Below, piece after piece: positions 35,523 to 44,488 of a DNA stretch of 64,000 nucleotides. The notes under the pieces are model-generated. The model did no database searches. It was not told the DNA's origin and saw only the letters and a program-made list of their open reading frames with translations. The position numbers were made by a program, and so were the translations under genes. The stretch comes from an uncultured Lachnospiraceae bacterium. GTDB taxonomy: Bacteria > Bacillota > Clostridia > Lachnospirales > Lachnospiraceae. Location: assembly GCA_934394565.1 (NCBI GenBank), contig CAKRQV010000002.1, positions 16,792 to 80,791 on the forward strand, given 5' to 3'. How positions within the stretch are numbered: the first letter of the stretch is position 1; each line of letters begins with the position of its first letter.

Positions 35523-35599
35523 TTTACTTCCTCCCACCCCGTAATATAAGAATCCCCGGATCCTGTGACCCGGGGATAGATTATCTTATATAGCGGAAA

Positions 35600-36685
35600 T
35601 TATTCCTCAACATCCTCTTCAGCATCTTCTGCAGGAGCTTCCAGAGCTTTCATGCTCAGGCTGATTTTCTTATCTTCGCCGTTGAAATCAACAACTTTAG
35701 CTTCGATAACCTGTCCGATGGACAGTACATCAGACGGTTTCTCTACATGCTCTCTGGAAATCTGGGATACATGCAGCAGAGCATCTACACCCGGCTCCAG
35801 TTCAACAAATGCGCCAAAATCTGTCATACGGGCTACTTTACCCTCAACAACATTGCCCACAGCATACTTATCGTCAGCTGTCAGCCACGGATTCTTGTCT
35901 TCAAATTTCAGACTCAGAGCGATCTTCTCACCCTTGATGTCTTTGATCAGAACCTCAACCTCGTCTCCAACCTTGAAGACCTTCTTCGGGTTCTCTACAC
36001 GGCCCCAGCTCATCTCAGAGATGTGCAGCAGACCATCTGCGCCGCCCAGATCGATGAATGCACCGAAATCTGTAACGTTCTTAACAACACCTTTGACAAC
36101 ATCGCCAACATGGATTCTTGCGAACAACTCTTCCTGCAGTTTAGCTTTCTCAGCGGCTACCAGCTGTTTTCTGTCACCAATGATTCTTCTTCTGCGCGGG
36201 TTGAACTCTGTGATCACGAACTGGATCTCCTGACCTGCATATTTGCTCAGGTCTTTCTCATAAGTATCAGATACAAGGCTGGCCGGGATGAATACTCTTG
36301 TTTCTTCAACAATCACACTTAAACCACCTGTCTTAACCTGATCAACTTTGGCTGTCAGAACCTCATGGTTCTCGAAAGCCTCTTCCAGTCTCTTGTTGCC
36401 TCTCTCAGCAGCAAGTCTCTTGTATGTCAGAAGAACCTGTCCCTCACCATCGTTCACTTTCAGGACTTTAACTTCCATCTTATCACCAACGTTTGCTACA
36501 GTTGTCAGATCCACGCTGGAATCGTTGCTGTATTCGTTTTTGGTAAGAACGCCATCTGCTTTATAACCGATATTTAAAATGATTTCTTCGGGTTTAACAC
36601 CGATGACTGTACCCTCAACCACATCTCCGTTTCTGATAGTTTTGAAAGAATCTTCCAACATTTGCTCAAAGCTTAATTCTGACAT
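35600..36685 (-). CDS. rpsA: 30S ribosomal protein S1 (four S1 domains)
   Basis: It has repeated S1 OB-fold motifs (GDVVEGTV.., GDVVKGVVKNVTDFGAFIDLGG.DGLLHISE, VEGKVARMTDFGAFVEL). The ATG at 36685 follows a GAGGAGG ribosome binding site and overlaps the 3' end of ispH. Confidence 0.85.
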   Translation of the reverse strand: MSELSFEQMLEDSFKTIRNGDVVEGTVIGVKPEEIILNIGYKADGVLTKNEYSNDSSVDLTTVANVGDKMEVKVLKVNDGEGQVLLTYKRLAAERGNKRLEEAFENHEVLTAKVDQVKTGGLSVIVEETRVFIPASLVSDTYEKDLSKYAGQEIQFVITEFNPRRRRIIGDRKQLVAAEKAKLQEELFARIHVGDVVKGVVKNVTDFGAFIDLGGADGLLHISEMSWGRVENPKKVFKVGDEVEVLIKDIKGEKIALSLKFEDKNPWLTADDKYAVGNVVEGKVARMTDFGAFVELEPGVDALLHVSQISREHVEKPSDVLSIGQVIEAKVVDFNGEDKKISLSMKALEAPAEDAEEDVEE

Positions 36686-37514
36686 ATCTTTGAACCTCCT
36701 CAATTATTTTGTTTGGGGTGGAAGCCCCTGCTGTAATACCTACATGACGAAAAGATTGAAAAGGCTTAATGTCCAAATCAACGAGTGTCTGTATATAGTA
36801 AGTATTTTCACATGCATGCCTGCATATTTCAAATAGCTTCTGCGTATTCGAACTGGAACGGCCGCCGATGACGATCATCGCATCAACTCTGGAGGCAAGT
36901 GCAACCGCCTCTGTCTGTCGTTCTTCTGTCGCACTACAGATCGTATTTAAAACAAGTCTATCATAACGCTTTTTGTCAAGAATTTCAACTATATCTTTAA
37001 ATTTGTTGTAATTAAATGTCGTCTGGGACACCACACAGATGGGTGTGCCCTCCGGCAGGTCAAATTTCTGTGCCTCTTCCACGGAACTGATCACAAAGGG
37101 TTCTGTTTTGCTCCAGCCTTTGATGCCCTCCACCTCCGGATGATGGTCATTCCCGACAATCACGATCCGACGGCCTGCGGCGCTGTGCTTCTCCACAAGC
37201 TTATGGATTTTGCGCACATAGGGACAGGTGGCATCTGCATAGCGTATCTGTTTTTCTTCCAGCAGACGATACACCTTTTCCGGCACACCATGGGAGCGGA
37301 TTACAACGATGCCGTCTTTCACAGTGGCCAGCTCCTCCAGGGAATGCAGCACCGTCACACCCTTTGCTTCCAGATCCGATACAACTTCTTCATTATGAAT
37401 GATAGGGCCATAAGTATAGACCTTGTCCTCGGTGTCTGCCAGCTCATAAACCTTATCCACAGCCCTGCGTACACCGAAGCAAAAGCCCGCTGTTTTTGCG
37501 AGTGTTACTTCCAT
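36666..37514 (-). CDS. ispH: 4-hydroxy-3-methylbut-2-enyl diphosphate reductase
   Basis: The N-terminus is AGFCFGVRRAVD. Conserved Cys and His residues are present (DATCPYV, VVGNDHHPEV), along with SSNT. Confidence 0.9.
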   Translation of the reverse strand: MEVTLAKTAGFCFGVRRAVDKVYELADTEDKVYTYGPIIHNEEVVSDLEAKGVTVLHSLEELATVKDGIVVIRSHGVPEKVYRLLEEKQIRYADATCPYVRKIHKLVEKHSAAGRRIVIVGNDHHPEVEGIKGWSKTEPFVISSVEEAQKFDLPEGTPICVVSQTTFNYNKFKDIVEILDKKRYDRLVLNTICSATEERQTEAVALASRVDAMIVIGGRSSSNTQKLFEICRHACENTYYIQTLVDLDIKPFQSFRHVGITAGASTPNKIIEEVQRYVRIKL

Positions 37515-37523
37515 ACTGTCCTC

Positions 37524-38189
37524 CTACGCCTTTTTCACCAGATTAAGGATTGCGTCAACTACTTCCTCAATCGTCATATCTGACGAATCCACCAGTACGG
37601 CATCCTCCGCCTGGCAGAGTGGTGAGATCTCCCGGTGCATATCGCGATAGTCACGTTCCTCGATATCCGCCTCGATCATTTCCAGTGATTTTGAGGTATC
37701 TCCCTTTTCCTGAAGTTCTTTATAACGACGCTCTGCACGCGTATGTGCACTGGCCGTCAGGTACACCTTGACCTGCGCATCCGGAAGAACGCAGGTACCG
37801 ATATCTCTTCCGTCCATAACAACGTTTTCTCTGTCTGCAAGATCCTTTTGCAGCTGCGTCAGCTTGACACGCACCTCCGGGATCGGCGAGCTTTTGGATG
37901 CCATATTGCCCACTTCCTCCTGGCGGATAAAAGGTGTGACATCCTGATCATTCAGAACAACCTTCTGTTCCCCGTTTTCATAGCGGATTGATACATGCGC
38001 ACCACCGACCGCCTCTTTGATCTTTTCCGTATCATTTTCTTTCAGGCCAAGCTGCAGAAAATAATACGCCATGGCTCTGTACATCGCACCTGTATCCACA
38101 TAAATATAAGAAAGCTCCTTTGCCACTTTTCTGGCTATCGTACTCTTTCCGGCTCCTGCCGGTCCGTCTATGGCAATTGCAAAACTCAT
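37524..38189 (-). CDS. cmk: Cytidylate kinase
   Basis: The P-loop is IAIDGPAGAGKSTIAR, followed by DTGAMYR. Confidence 0.9.
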   Translation of the reverse strand: MSFAIAIDGPAGAGKSTIARKVAKELSYIYVDTGAMYRAMAYYFLQLGLKENDTEKIKEAVGGAHVSIRYENGEQKVVLNDQDVTPFIRQEEVGNMASKSSPIPEVRVKLTQLQKDLADRENVVMDGRDIGTCVLPDAQVKVYLTASAHTRAERRYKELQEKGDTSKSLEMIEADIEERDYRDMHREISPLCQAEDAVLVDSSDMTIEEVVDAILNLVKKA

Positions 38190-39448
38190 GTTGTTACCTC
38201 ACTTTGTTTTATTTTTCCCATGATATCTCTGACTGCCGCATCTGCCGTGGACCAGGCAATCTGCAGATTGAATCCGCCTGTCACAGCATCCAGATCCAGC
38301 GTTTCCCCGATAAAATACAACCCACTAACCTTTTTGGCTGCCATCGTCTTCGGATCGATCTCCTTTACAGAAACACCACCTTTGGTAACGATAGCTTCCT
38401 CAAATCCTCGCAGACCGGTCACGGTAAATGGAAATGCCTTTAACTGACCGGCAATTGCCGCACGCTCAGCCTTTGTCGTCTCACATGCCATTTTCCGACT
38501 GTCCAGAGACAGGATCGACAAAAATGGATCGATCATCTTTGCCGGAAGCAGGCTGCCCATGATCGTTGCCAGCTGTTTTTTGGGGTTTTCCTGAAATTCC
38601 CGGATCAGTCGGTGATCCAGCTGTTCTGCTGAAAGTGCCGGTTTCAGATCTATCAAGGCCTGAAACTCACCTTTGGCCAGCTTTTTGCCACAGCGGGCAC
38701 TGGCTGTGAGCACCAGCGGACCACTGATACCAAAATGCGTAAAGAGCATTTCACCGAATTCTTTATACAGTACCTTCTTTTTCTGCAAAAGCTTTAATTC
38801 TACGTTTTTCAGGGAAAGGCCCTGCATCATCGGAATATATTCTTCGGCCGTCTCCATCGGTACAAGGGATGGCAAAAGATCTGAGACCTTCATTTCCTGT
38901 TCCCGTGCAAATTTCATACCGTCCCCGGAAGATCCTGTAACCGGATAGGAAACACCACCGGTTGCCACGATCACGGTATCTGCCGGCACATGATGGCCAT
39001 TTTCAAGGATCACACCGATCACACGTCTGTCCACGACAGAAAGACTCCGGACACGACTGTTCAGATGTACGCAGACTTTATTTTTTTTGATACGGTTCTC
39101 CAGCGCACGGAGCACATCGGATGAATGATCCGATGCCGGAAAAACACGGTTACCGCGTTCCGTTTTCAGACGCAGCCCCAGATCCTGTTCAAAATAGTCC
39201 ATCACCGCATGATTATCAAAGGCCTGCAGAGAGCTGTACATGAATTTTCCGTTGCTCACAATAGCATTCATCAGCTCCGGCAGTTCACAGGCATTCGTCA
39301 GATTGCACCGCCCCTTACCTGTGATAAAAAGCTTTTTCCCCAGTTTTTCATTGCGTTCAAACAGGTGGATGCGGGCATCTTTCCCCTGCAGTCTGGCCGC
39401 TGCCATCATACCAGCCGCACCGCCACCGACAATTACGATTTCCTGCAT
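38186..39448 (-). CDS. HI0933/BaiN-family NAD(P)/FAD-dependent oxidoreductase
   Basis: Motifs are VIVGGGAAGMMAAA, TGKGRCNLTN and YFIGETLDLDAVTGGFNLQ. It overlaps cmk by 4 nt and rpiR by 1 nt (TAATG). Confidence 0.8.
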   Translation of the reverse strand: MQEIVIVGGGAAGMMAAARLQGKDARIHLFERNEKLGKKLFITGKGRCNLTNACELPELMNAIVSNGKFMYSSLQAFDNHAVMDYFEQDLGLRLKTERGNRVFPASDHSSDVLRALENRIKKNKVCVHLNSRVRSLSVVDRRVIGVILENGHHVPADTVIVATGGVSYPVTGSSGDGMKFAREQEMKVSDLLPSLVPMETAEEYIPMMQGLSLKNVELKLLQKKKVLYKEFGEMLFTHFGISGPLVLTASARCGKKLAKGEFQALIDLKPALSAEQLDHRLIREFQENPKKQLATIMGSLLPAKMIDPFLSILSLDSRKMACETTKAERAAIAGQLKAFPFTVTGLRGFEEAIVTKGGVSVKEIDPKTMAAKKVSGLYFIGETLDLDAVTGGFNLQIAWSTADAAVRDIMGKIKQSEVTT

Positions 39449-40368
39449 TATCTGTTCTCTCCGTCTGTATTCATGATCCGTGCCTGCGGATCGATATAAT
39501 TAATTTCATCGTTACTGTACACCTGGTATTCATCCCAGATGTGCTCGAGATTTTCCAGCGTCTGCACCATCTCATCCTGCTTTTTCATGCAAAGCGCCAC
39601 AACCAGCGCATTGATGATACTCAAAGGTGCAACCAGTGAATCCACGATGGAAGCCATATCGCTTCTGGCGATCAGATTGCAGGATGAATACAGATTGATC
39701 GGAGAATGCACACTGTCAGTCAGGGTAATAACCTTGGCATTTCTCTTATTGGCAAATTCCAGTGCTTTCAGTGTCAGCATGGAGTAGCGTGGAAAGCTGA
39801 TGCCAAAGATTACGTCATCCTCCTGGATCCGCAGCATCTGTTCAAAAATATCACTTGTATTGTGGGTCGTCAGCACATGCACATTATCAAAAATATAATT
39901 CATATAAAAAGCCAGGAAATTAGCCAGCGGTGCACAGCTGCGGATACCGATAATGTAGATATTTTTAGCCGAAGACAGCGTCTCGACAGCCAGATTGAAT
40001 GCATCATGGTCGATCGCTTCCATCGTCAGTTTGATCTTTTCGATATCGGAATGCAGTACCCGGTCCAGGATCTCCACCTGGGGCACATTGCCATAGGTTA
40101 CCTTCATACGCTGGATCGAATTTAACTTGTTTCGCACAAGCTCTTCCAGTGCACGGTGAAATTCCGGATAACCTTCAAATCCAAGCTGTGTTGCAAAACG
40201 TACCGTCGTTGATTCACTGACCCCGGCTTCTTTCCCCAGCTTTGCAGCGGTCAGAAATACAGCTTCGTCATAATGTTCCAGAATATAGGATGCCAGTCGT
40301 TTCTGGCCTTTGCTGAATGTTTTATACTGGGCCTGTATCCGTCCCAGCAGATTATCTGATGTGTCCAT
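39448..40368 (-). CDS. MurR/RpiR-family transcriptional regulator (HTH_6 + SIS)
   Basis: It has FSKGQKRLASYILEHYDEAVFLTAAKLGKEAGVSESTTVRFATQLGF and a SIS domain. The ATG at 40368 follows an ACGGAGGAAAA ribosome binding site. Confidence 0.8.
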   Translation of the reverse strand: MDTSDNLLGRIQAQYKTFSKGQKRLASYILEHYDEAVFLTAAKLGKEAGVSESTTVRFATQLGFEGYPEFHRALEELVRNKLNSIQRMKVTYGNVPQVEILDRVLHSDIEKIKLTMEAIDHDAFNLAVETLSSAKNIYIIGIRSCAPLANFLAFYMNYIFDNVHVLTTHNTSDIFEQMLRIQEDDVIFGISFPRYSMLTLKALEFANKRNAKVITLTDSVHSPINLYSSCNLIARSDMASIVDSLVAPLSIINALVVALCMKKQDEMVQTLENLEHIWDEYQVYSNDEINYIDPQARIMNTDGENR

Positions 40369-40515
40369 TTTTCCTCCGTTTCCTGCTTGCATATTCATGT
40401 TGTCTCTTTCATATTTTGAAGCAGCACACTGCCAGCAGGCTTTCAAACAGGTTCGATTATACACTATTTTGCAAGGCAAAGAAAGGCTAACTTGCAAAAT
40501 AGTCTGCCTTTTCTA

Positions 40516-40557
40516 CAGAAAACAGGGACCGTCAGTCCGACAGTCCCTGTTTTTTTG
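40516..40557. terminator. Terminator hairpin downstream of the methyltransferase operon
   Basis: The stem is ACAGGGAC...GTCCCTGT. It is followed by TTTTC on the minus strand and T7 on the plus strand. Confidence 0.5.
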
Positions 40558-40685
40558 GATAATGTTTACTGGTTTAGCTGCTCTTCTCACACCGGGATTA
40601 CTTTTTCACATTTCTGTGCCACAGATGCGCAGAAGCTGCGCTGTCATCCCATCGGAAGTGCATGGCAAAACTCCCTCATATTGTA

Positions 40686-41777
40686 TTACTTAGTCTCTCT
40701 GTGATACAGCTTGTTATAATATTCCAGAGAATAATTATACAGCTCATCATGGGCTACGATCGACTGTTTCGGATTGCTCATATCCGTCATGATACACGGC
40801 ATACATCTGCCCTTGGCACCAAAGTGGTCTACAAAATCACGGATGATCTTGCGGATTTCTGTCTCATCGGCTTTCGGGTCGATATTTAGCCAGAAGGCGA
40901 AGGTCATCTGATCACCGTATTTTTCGTAGAGCAGATCTGGATCGTTGATGACGGCCTGCGGTGTCCACATATCGATGCCCATCTCGATCATTTCCGGTAC
41001 GTACTGGACATTCTTTCCACAGGAATGCAACTCAATAAATTTACCCTGATCCTTGACAAACTTCAGGAAACGGGAGGTGGCCGGCATGATCTGTTCTCTG
41101 AACATCTCATTGGAGAAGAAGCCGCTTCTCTGGGTACCCCAGTCATCATGATACAGCACACCGTCTACACGACCGTAGTTATCAAAAATCTTCTGACAGG
41201 ATTCAATCTTGTAATCTGCCATTTTCTGGAAGAAATCTTCCAGAAGCTCCGGTTCCTCATAAAAAGCCAGCAGTGTTTCATCAAATGGCATCATTTCATG
41301 CAGTCGTTCAAAGATGCCTTCTACGCATTCGTAAATATGGACTCTGTCCGGATCCAGCATTTTCTGGATTTTTTCGCCATCTGTCTTAAAATCAACAACA
41401 GAAAGATCCGGCCATTCTACTTCTTCCTTCCAGTTGGCAAAATCAGAAATCACACGTGTACCCGGTTTTGTGATCATGCCGCCTGCTGACTCGACCATTA
41501 CCCAGTAAACACCCCACCAGTCATAGCCGTCTACTTCCGGTACGGGATGCTCTTCCATCGCATCTGGCCAGATGATATTGCTCTCCGTCATGTAAGCCGG
41601 CATCCAATATGGCTTTTCACCTTTGACACAGCGGATGTAGTTGTCACGTACACTGTAGGGTCTGCCGGTGATCGGCTCTTTCGCTCTCTGGAAAATCCAC
41701 GGGAAGGTTCCCACACCCTGCCATTCTTTCGAATAATCACGGTTTGCTGCTGTCTGCATAAATTTACCAACACTCAT
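40686..41777 (-). CDS. UroD/MtaA-family (zinc-dependent, corrinoid-type) methyltransferase, paralog B
   Basis: It has URO-D-like TIM-barrel length and composition. The His-x-Cys zinc motif is ELHSCGK, with distal Cys residues (GRCMPC). The ATG at 41777 follows an AGGAGGAA ribosome binding site. Confidence 0.7.
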   Translation of the reverse strand: MSVGKFMQTAANRDYSKEWQGVGTFPWIFQRAKEPITGRPYSVRDNYIRCVKGEKPYWMPAYMTESNIIWPDAMEEHPVPEVDGYDWWGVYWVMVESAGGMITKPGTRVISDFANWKEEVEWPDLSVVDFKTDGEKIQKMLDPDRVHIYECVEGIFERLHEMMPFDETLLAFYEEPELLEDFFQKMADYKIESCQKIFDNYGRVDGVLYHDDWGTQRSGFFSNEMFREQIMPATSRFLKFVKDQGKFIELHSCGKNVQYVPEMIEMGIDMWTPQAVINDPDLLYEKYGDQMTFAFWLNIDPKADETEIRKIIRDFVDHFGAKGRCMPCIMTDMSNPKQSIVAHDELYNYSLEYYNKLYHRETK

Positions 41778-41897
41778 GTTTTGTTCCTCCTTTTTATGCT
41801 TTGTATCCATCCATTCTTGTTGCAGTCTGTTGTTCTTGCAGGGTACATGCTGATACATTCTCCCTGTTTTTAAATACAGGCAACTACAACTTTATTT

Positions 41898-42350
41898 TTA
41901 TATACACAGGGCTTCTCTGATCTCCGTAAACATCTGCTCCGCAAGTGCATACGCTGTCATCTCATCCAACAACAGGATAATGGCTGCAAATTTACCGCCT
42001 GCCTCACAGCCTGCACCCTTACGGATATCGGCATGATCCAGCGTCACGGAAAATACAGCGGTCTCCTGAAAATCCACCGAGGCCTTGATATGTCCGACGA
42101 TACCACCGGCATCCTGTACTCGCTTTGCCATCTGCTCCATGCCTTGGCTCAAAATCTGTGAGATTTTTTCACGATCGCCTTCGAAATAAAACTCTGCTGA
42201 TACCACAATGGCTTCATCCTGGGTTTTCACCGACAAGCGGACATCCTGTGGTTTAGTATCTTCCAGCGACAAAAAGCGGTCTTTTTTCTGAAAATATAAC
42301 TGTCCGCCTGACTTTTTTGTATCCACACGCATCTGTACAGCTCTTTTCAT
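41898..42350 (-). CDS. Hypothetical 150-aa protein with no family I recognise
   Basis: The ATG at 42350 lies 10 nt after AAAGGAG; the ORF-track start at 42359 is a GTG. I saw no TM segment and no DxHxxG B12-binding motif. It sits between the GTPase gene and methyltransferase B. Confidence 0.5.
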   Translation of the reverse strand: MKRAVQMRVDTKKSGGQLYFQKKDRFLSLEDTKPQDVRLSVKTQDEAIVVSAEFYFEGDREKISQILSQGMEQMAKRVQDAGGIVGHIKASVDFQETAVFSVTLDHADIRKGAGCEAGGKFAAIILLLDEMTAYALAEQMFTEIREALCI

Positions 42351-42410
42351 CCATGTCACGCTCCTTTTTACATCCTTCGGCCTTTTTTCAAAAGATACGC
42401 CTGTAAATCA

Positions 42411-43040
42411 TCACCGCATGTCCGGCTTATGCTGACTGTTATCCTCCCCCAGTACCAGCTTCCATACATTATCACTCTGTCCGGTCGTGGCACATGTGCG
42501 TACACAGCAAGTCTCTGGCTGTATTCGGTATATATCTGTCTCGCAGAGTTGGATCTCTTCTTCTGTAGCCAGATCTGTCTTATTGATCAGTGTTACATCT
42601 GCGCAGGAAATCTGCCCTGTCAGCAACGTCTCCATAGGCTTGCGGATCCGTTTCCAGCGCTGGGCATCCACCACAGTGCAAATCCGGCAGTCTTTATTAC
42701 AGGCTGCTTTGAGATTATCCCGGATCAGACCCGGATAGGCCAGTCCTGTGGTTTCCAGGATCATCCAGTCCGGTGCATATGTTTCTTCTATATAAGATAC
42801 CGCCCGGATCAGTTCGCCGCCAACGGTGCAGCAGGCACAGCCCGCAAACAGATTTTCCACCTGAAAGCCTCTGTTTTTCAGCAGGGCATCATCTACGCCT
42901 TTATCACCAACCTCATTTTCAAGGATGATGACCCTGGGTGCATCCCCCTTTGTTGCCTCTCTGGCAAGGAAACGGGCCAGACCCATCAGCAGGGAGGTCT
43001 TTCCGGATCCTAAAAATCCACTTAAGATTACTACCTGCAT
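42411..43040 (-). CDS. COG0523/G3E-family (CobW-like) metallochaperone GTPase, N-terminal domain only
   Basis: The P-loop is GFLGSGKTSL, the CxCC motif is GCACCT, and NKTD is present. The protein is only 209 aa and has no CobW_C domain. Confidence 0.8.
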   Translation of the reverse strand: MQVVILSGFLGSGKTSLLMGLARFLAREATKGDAPRVIILENEVGDKGVDDALLKNRGFQVENLFAGCACCTVGGELIRAVSYIEETYAPDWMILETTGLAYPGLIRDNLKAACNKDCRICTVVDAQRWKRIRKPMETLLTGQISCADVTLINKTDLATEEEIQLCETDIYRIQPETCCVRTCATTGQSDNVWKLVLGEDNSQHKPDMR

Positions 43041-43122
43041 GATGTTCGCCTCCTTTTATCTGTTGCTTTTGCAGGCACGCTGTCCATTGACAACGTGCCT
43101 TTATCCATTCCCTTTATGCTTC

Positions 43123-44154
43123 TTATTTGTAGAACTGATCGCCGTATTTGTACACTTCGTCCATCAGTACGGCATTCTTTCTGTTGACTTCCGGATCATC
43201 CACCGGACCGAGATACCCACCACACCAGCAGAAGCCGCCGCCTTTAGCATAAGTATCGATCGTATCACGTACAGACTGTCGGATCTCTTCATCCGTAACA
43301 TCTGGTGAAAGCAGATGGTCTCTGGCATCCCAGCCACCCATCAGTACGAGACTGTTTCCAAATTTGGCCTGTACGGCTTTCAGGTCGTTACAGGTCTGGG
43401 CCGGATCCCATGCATTGACACCGATACTTCTTAAATCTTCCATAAAGCCTTCGGCTTTACCACAATTATGCATAGTGATCGGGATACCTGCATCACGTCC
43501 GAATTTTGCCTGACGGTTATGGAACGGAAGCACCAGCTCACGGTACATTTTCGGAGAAATAAACGGTGCACCCCAGGCTGCCGTATCATCCATCATGGTC
43601 AGAACATCCGGCTGCACATACGGCCAAATCCGTCTCGTTACTTCTGTATAGAAATCGCACATATAATCAAACAGCGCATATACCTCTTCGGGCTCTTCAT
43701 ACATCGCACATAAGCCTTCGGTAAATCCCATGAAAGCCATCAGGTTCTGGAAATACCCCACATGCAGGTTCAGGGAAATTGCTGTTTCTTCTCTTCTGAC
43801 ACCCATTTTATAGAACATTTCCAGGTGATCTTTTGCCATCTTTTCCCAGTCAATACCATCCAGTGATGGTGCTTTGATCACATCACGCCAATGGCGGATA
43901 TCATCCAGAATGAATTCATCCGGCTTCGGCAGCAATGCATTTCCGGTCTCATAGGTCGGTACATATTCCACTCCCCAGACGTCTTTTCCGCCGCCTTTGA
44001 AGCGGAATTCACTTAAAAGCATCGGCTCAAGCATACAGGATGCGCATGGTCTCGTCTGACCCGGCATCGGGCCGAAGGTGTACACCGGTACCCATTCCGG
44101 CTGTTCTCCTCTAAGGGTGCGCAGATAATTTTCTTTTTCGGAAATCTTTGTCAT
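43123..44154 (-). CDS. UroD/MtaA-family (zinc-dependent, corrinoid-type) methyltransferase, paralog A
   Basis: The His-x-Cys motif is TMHNCGK, with a distal GGGFCWCGG. The ATG at 44154 follows an AAGGAGGA ribosome binding site. The longer ORF reaching 44385 was rejected. Confidence 0.7.
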   Translation of the reverse strand: MTKISEKENYLRTLRGEQPEWVPVYTFGPMPGQTRPCASCMLEPMLLSEFRFKGGGKDVWGVEYVPTYETGNALLPKPDEFILDDIRHWRDVIKAPSLDGIDWEKMAKDHLEMFYKMGVRREETAISLNLHVGYFQNLMAFMGFTEGLCAMYEEPEEVYALFDYMCDFYTEVTRRIWPYVQPDVLTMMDDTAAWGAPFISPKMYRELVLPFHNRQAKFGRDAGIPITMHNCGKAEGFMEDLRSIGVNAWDPAQTCNDLKAVQAKFGNSLVLMGGWDARDHLLSPDVTDEEIRQSVRDTIDTYAKGGGFCWCGGYLGPVDDPEVNRKNAVLMDEVYKYGDQFYK

Positions 44155-44488
44155 CTGTGTTATCCTCCTTTTTACAGATTTGTGGCAGCCACAGCTTCCT
44201 CCCTGTCGGCTGTCCTTTTCCTTTCCTTTTCTGATAAGTCTATTATATCGTTTCACGTTCCGGATACTATGTACGGAAACTACAAGAAACGTATCAGCAA
44301 AATATCCATTTTTTGTAGATTTGTGCTCTACTTTTTTGTTAAAATTTTGTATACTATATAGGTACACTAGATATAGTGTGTGCAAAAACTACAGAGTGGT
44401 CATGAGCTGCCATGCAGCCATCAAAACATACATAAAACTGTCCACCGTATGTTCTCTGTATATAAAGGGACATAAAGGAGTCTGCAAT

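Noticed and set aside
44180-44488. The 5' extension of the PucR ORF, and the 5' extension of methyltransferase A (44155-44385), overlap each other in the divergent promoter region.
   Set aside because: Both internal ATGs (44489 and 44154) have strong GGAG-type ribosome binding sites. The extensions translate to low-complexity, hydrophobic sequence and would occupy the shared promoter region.
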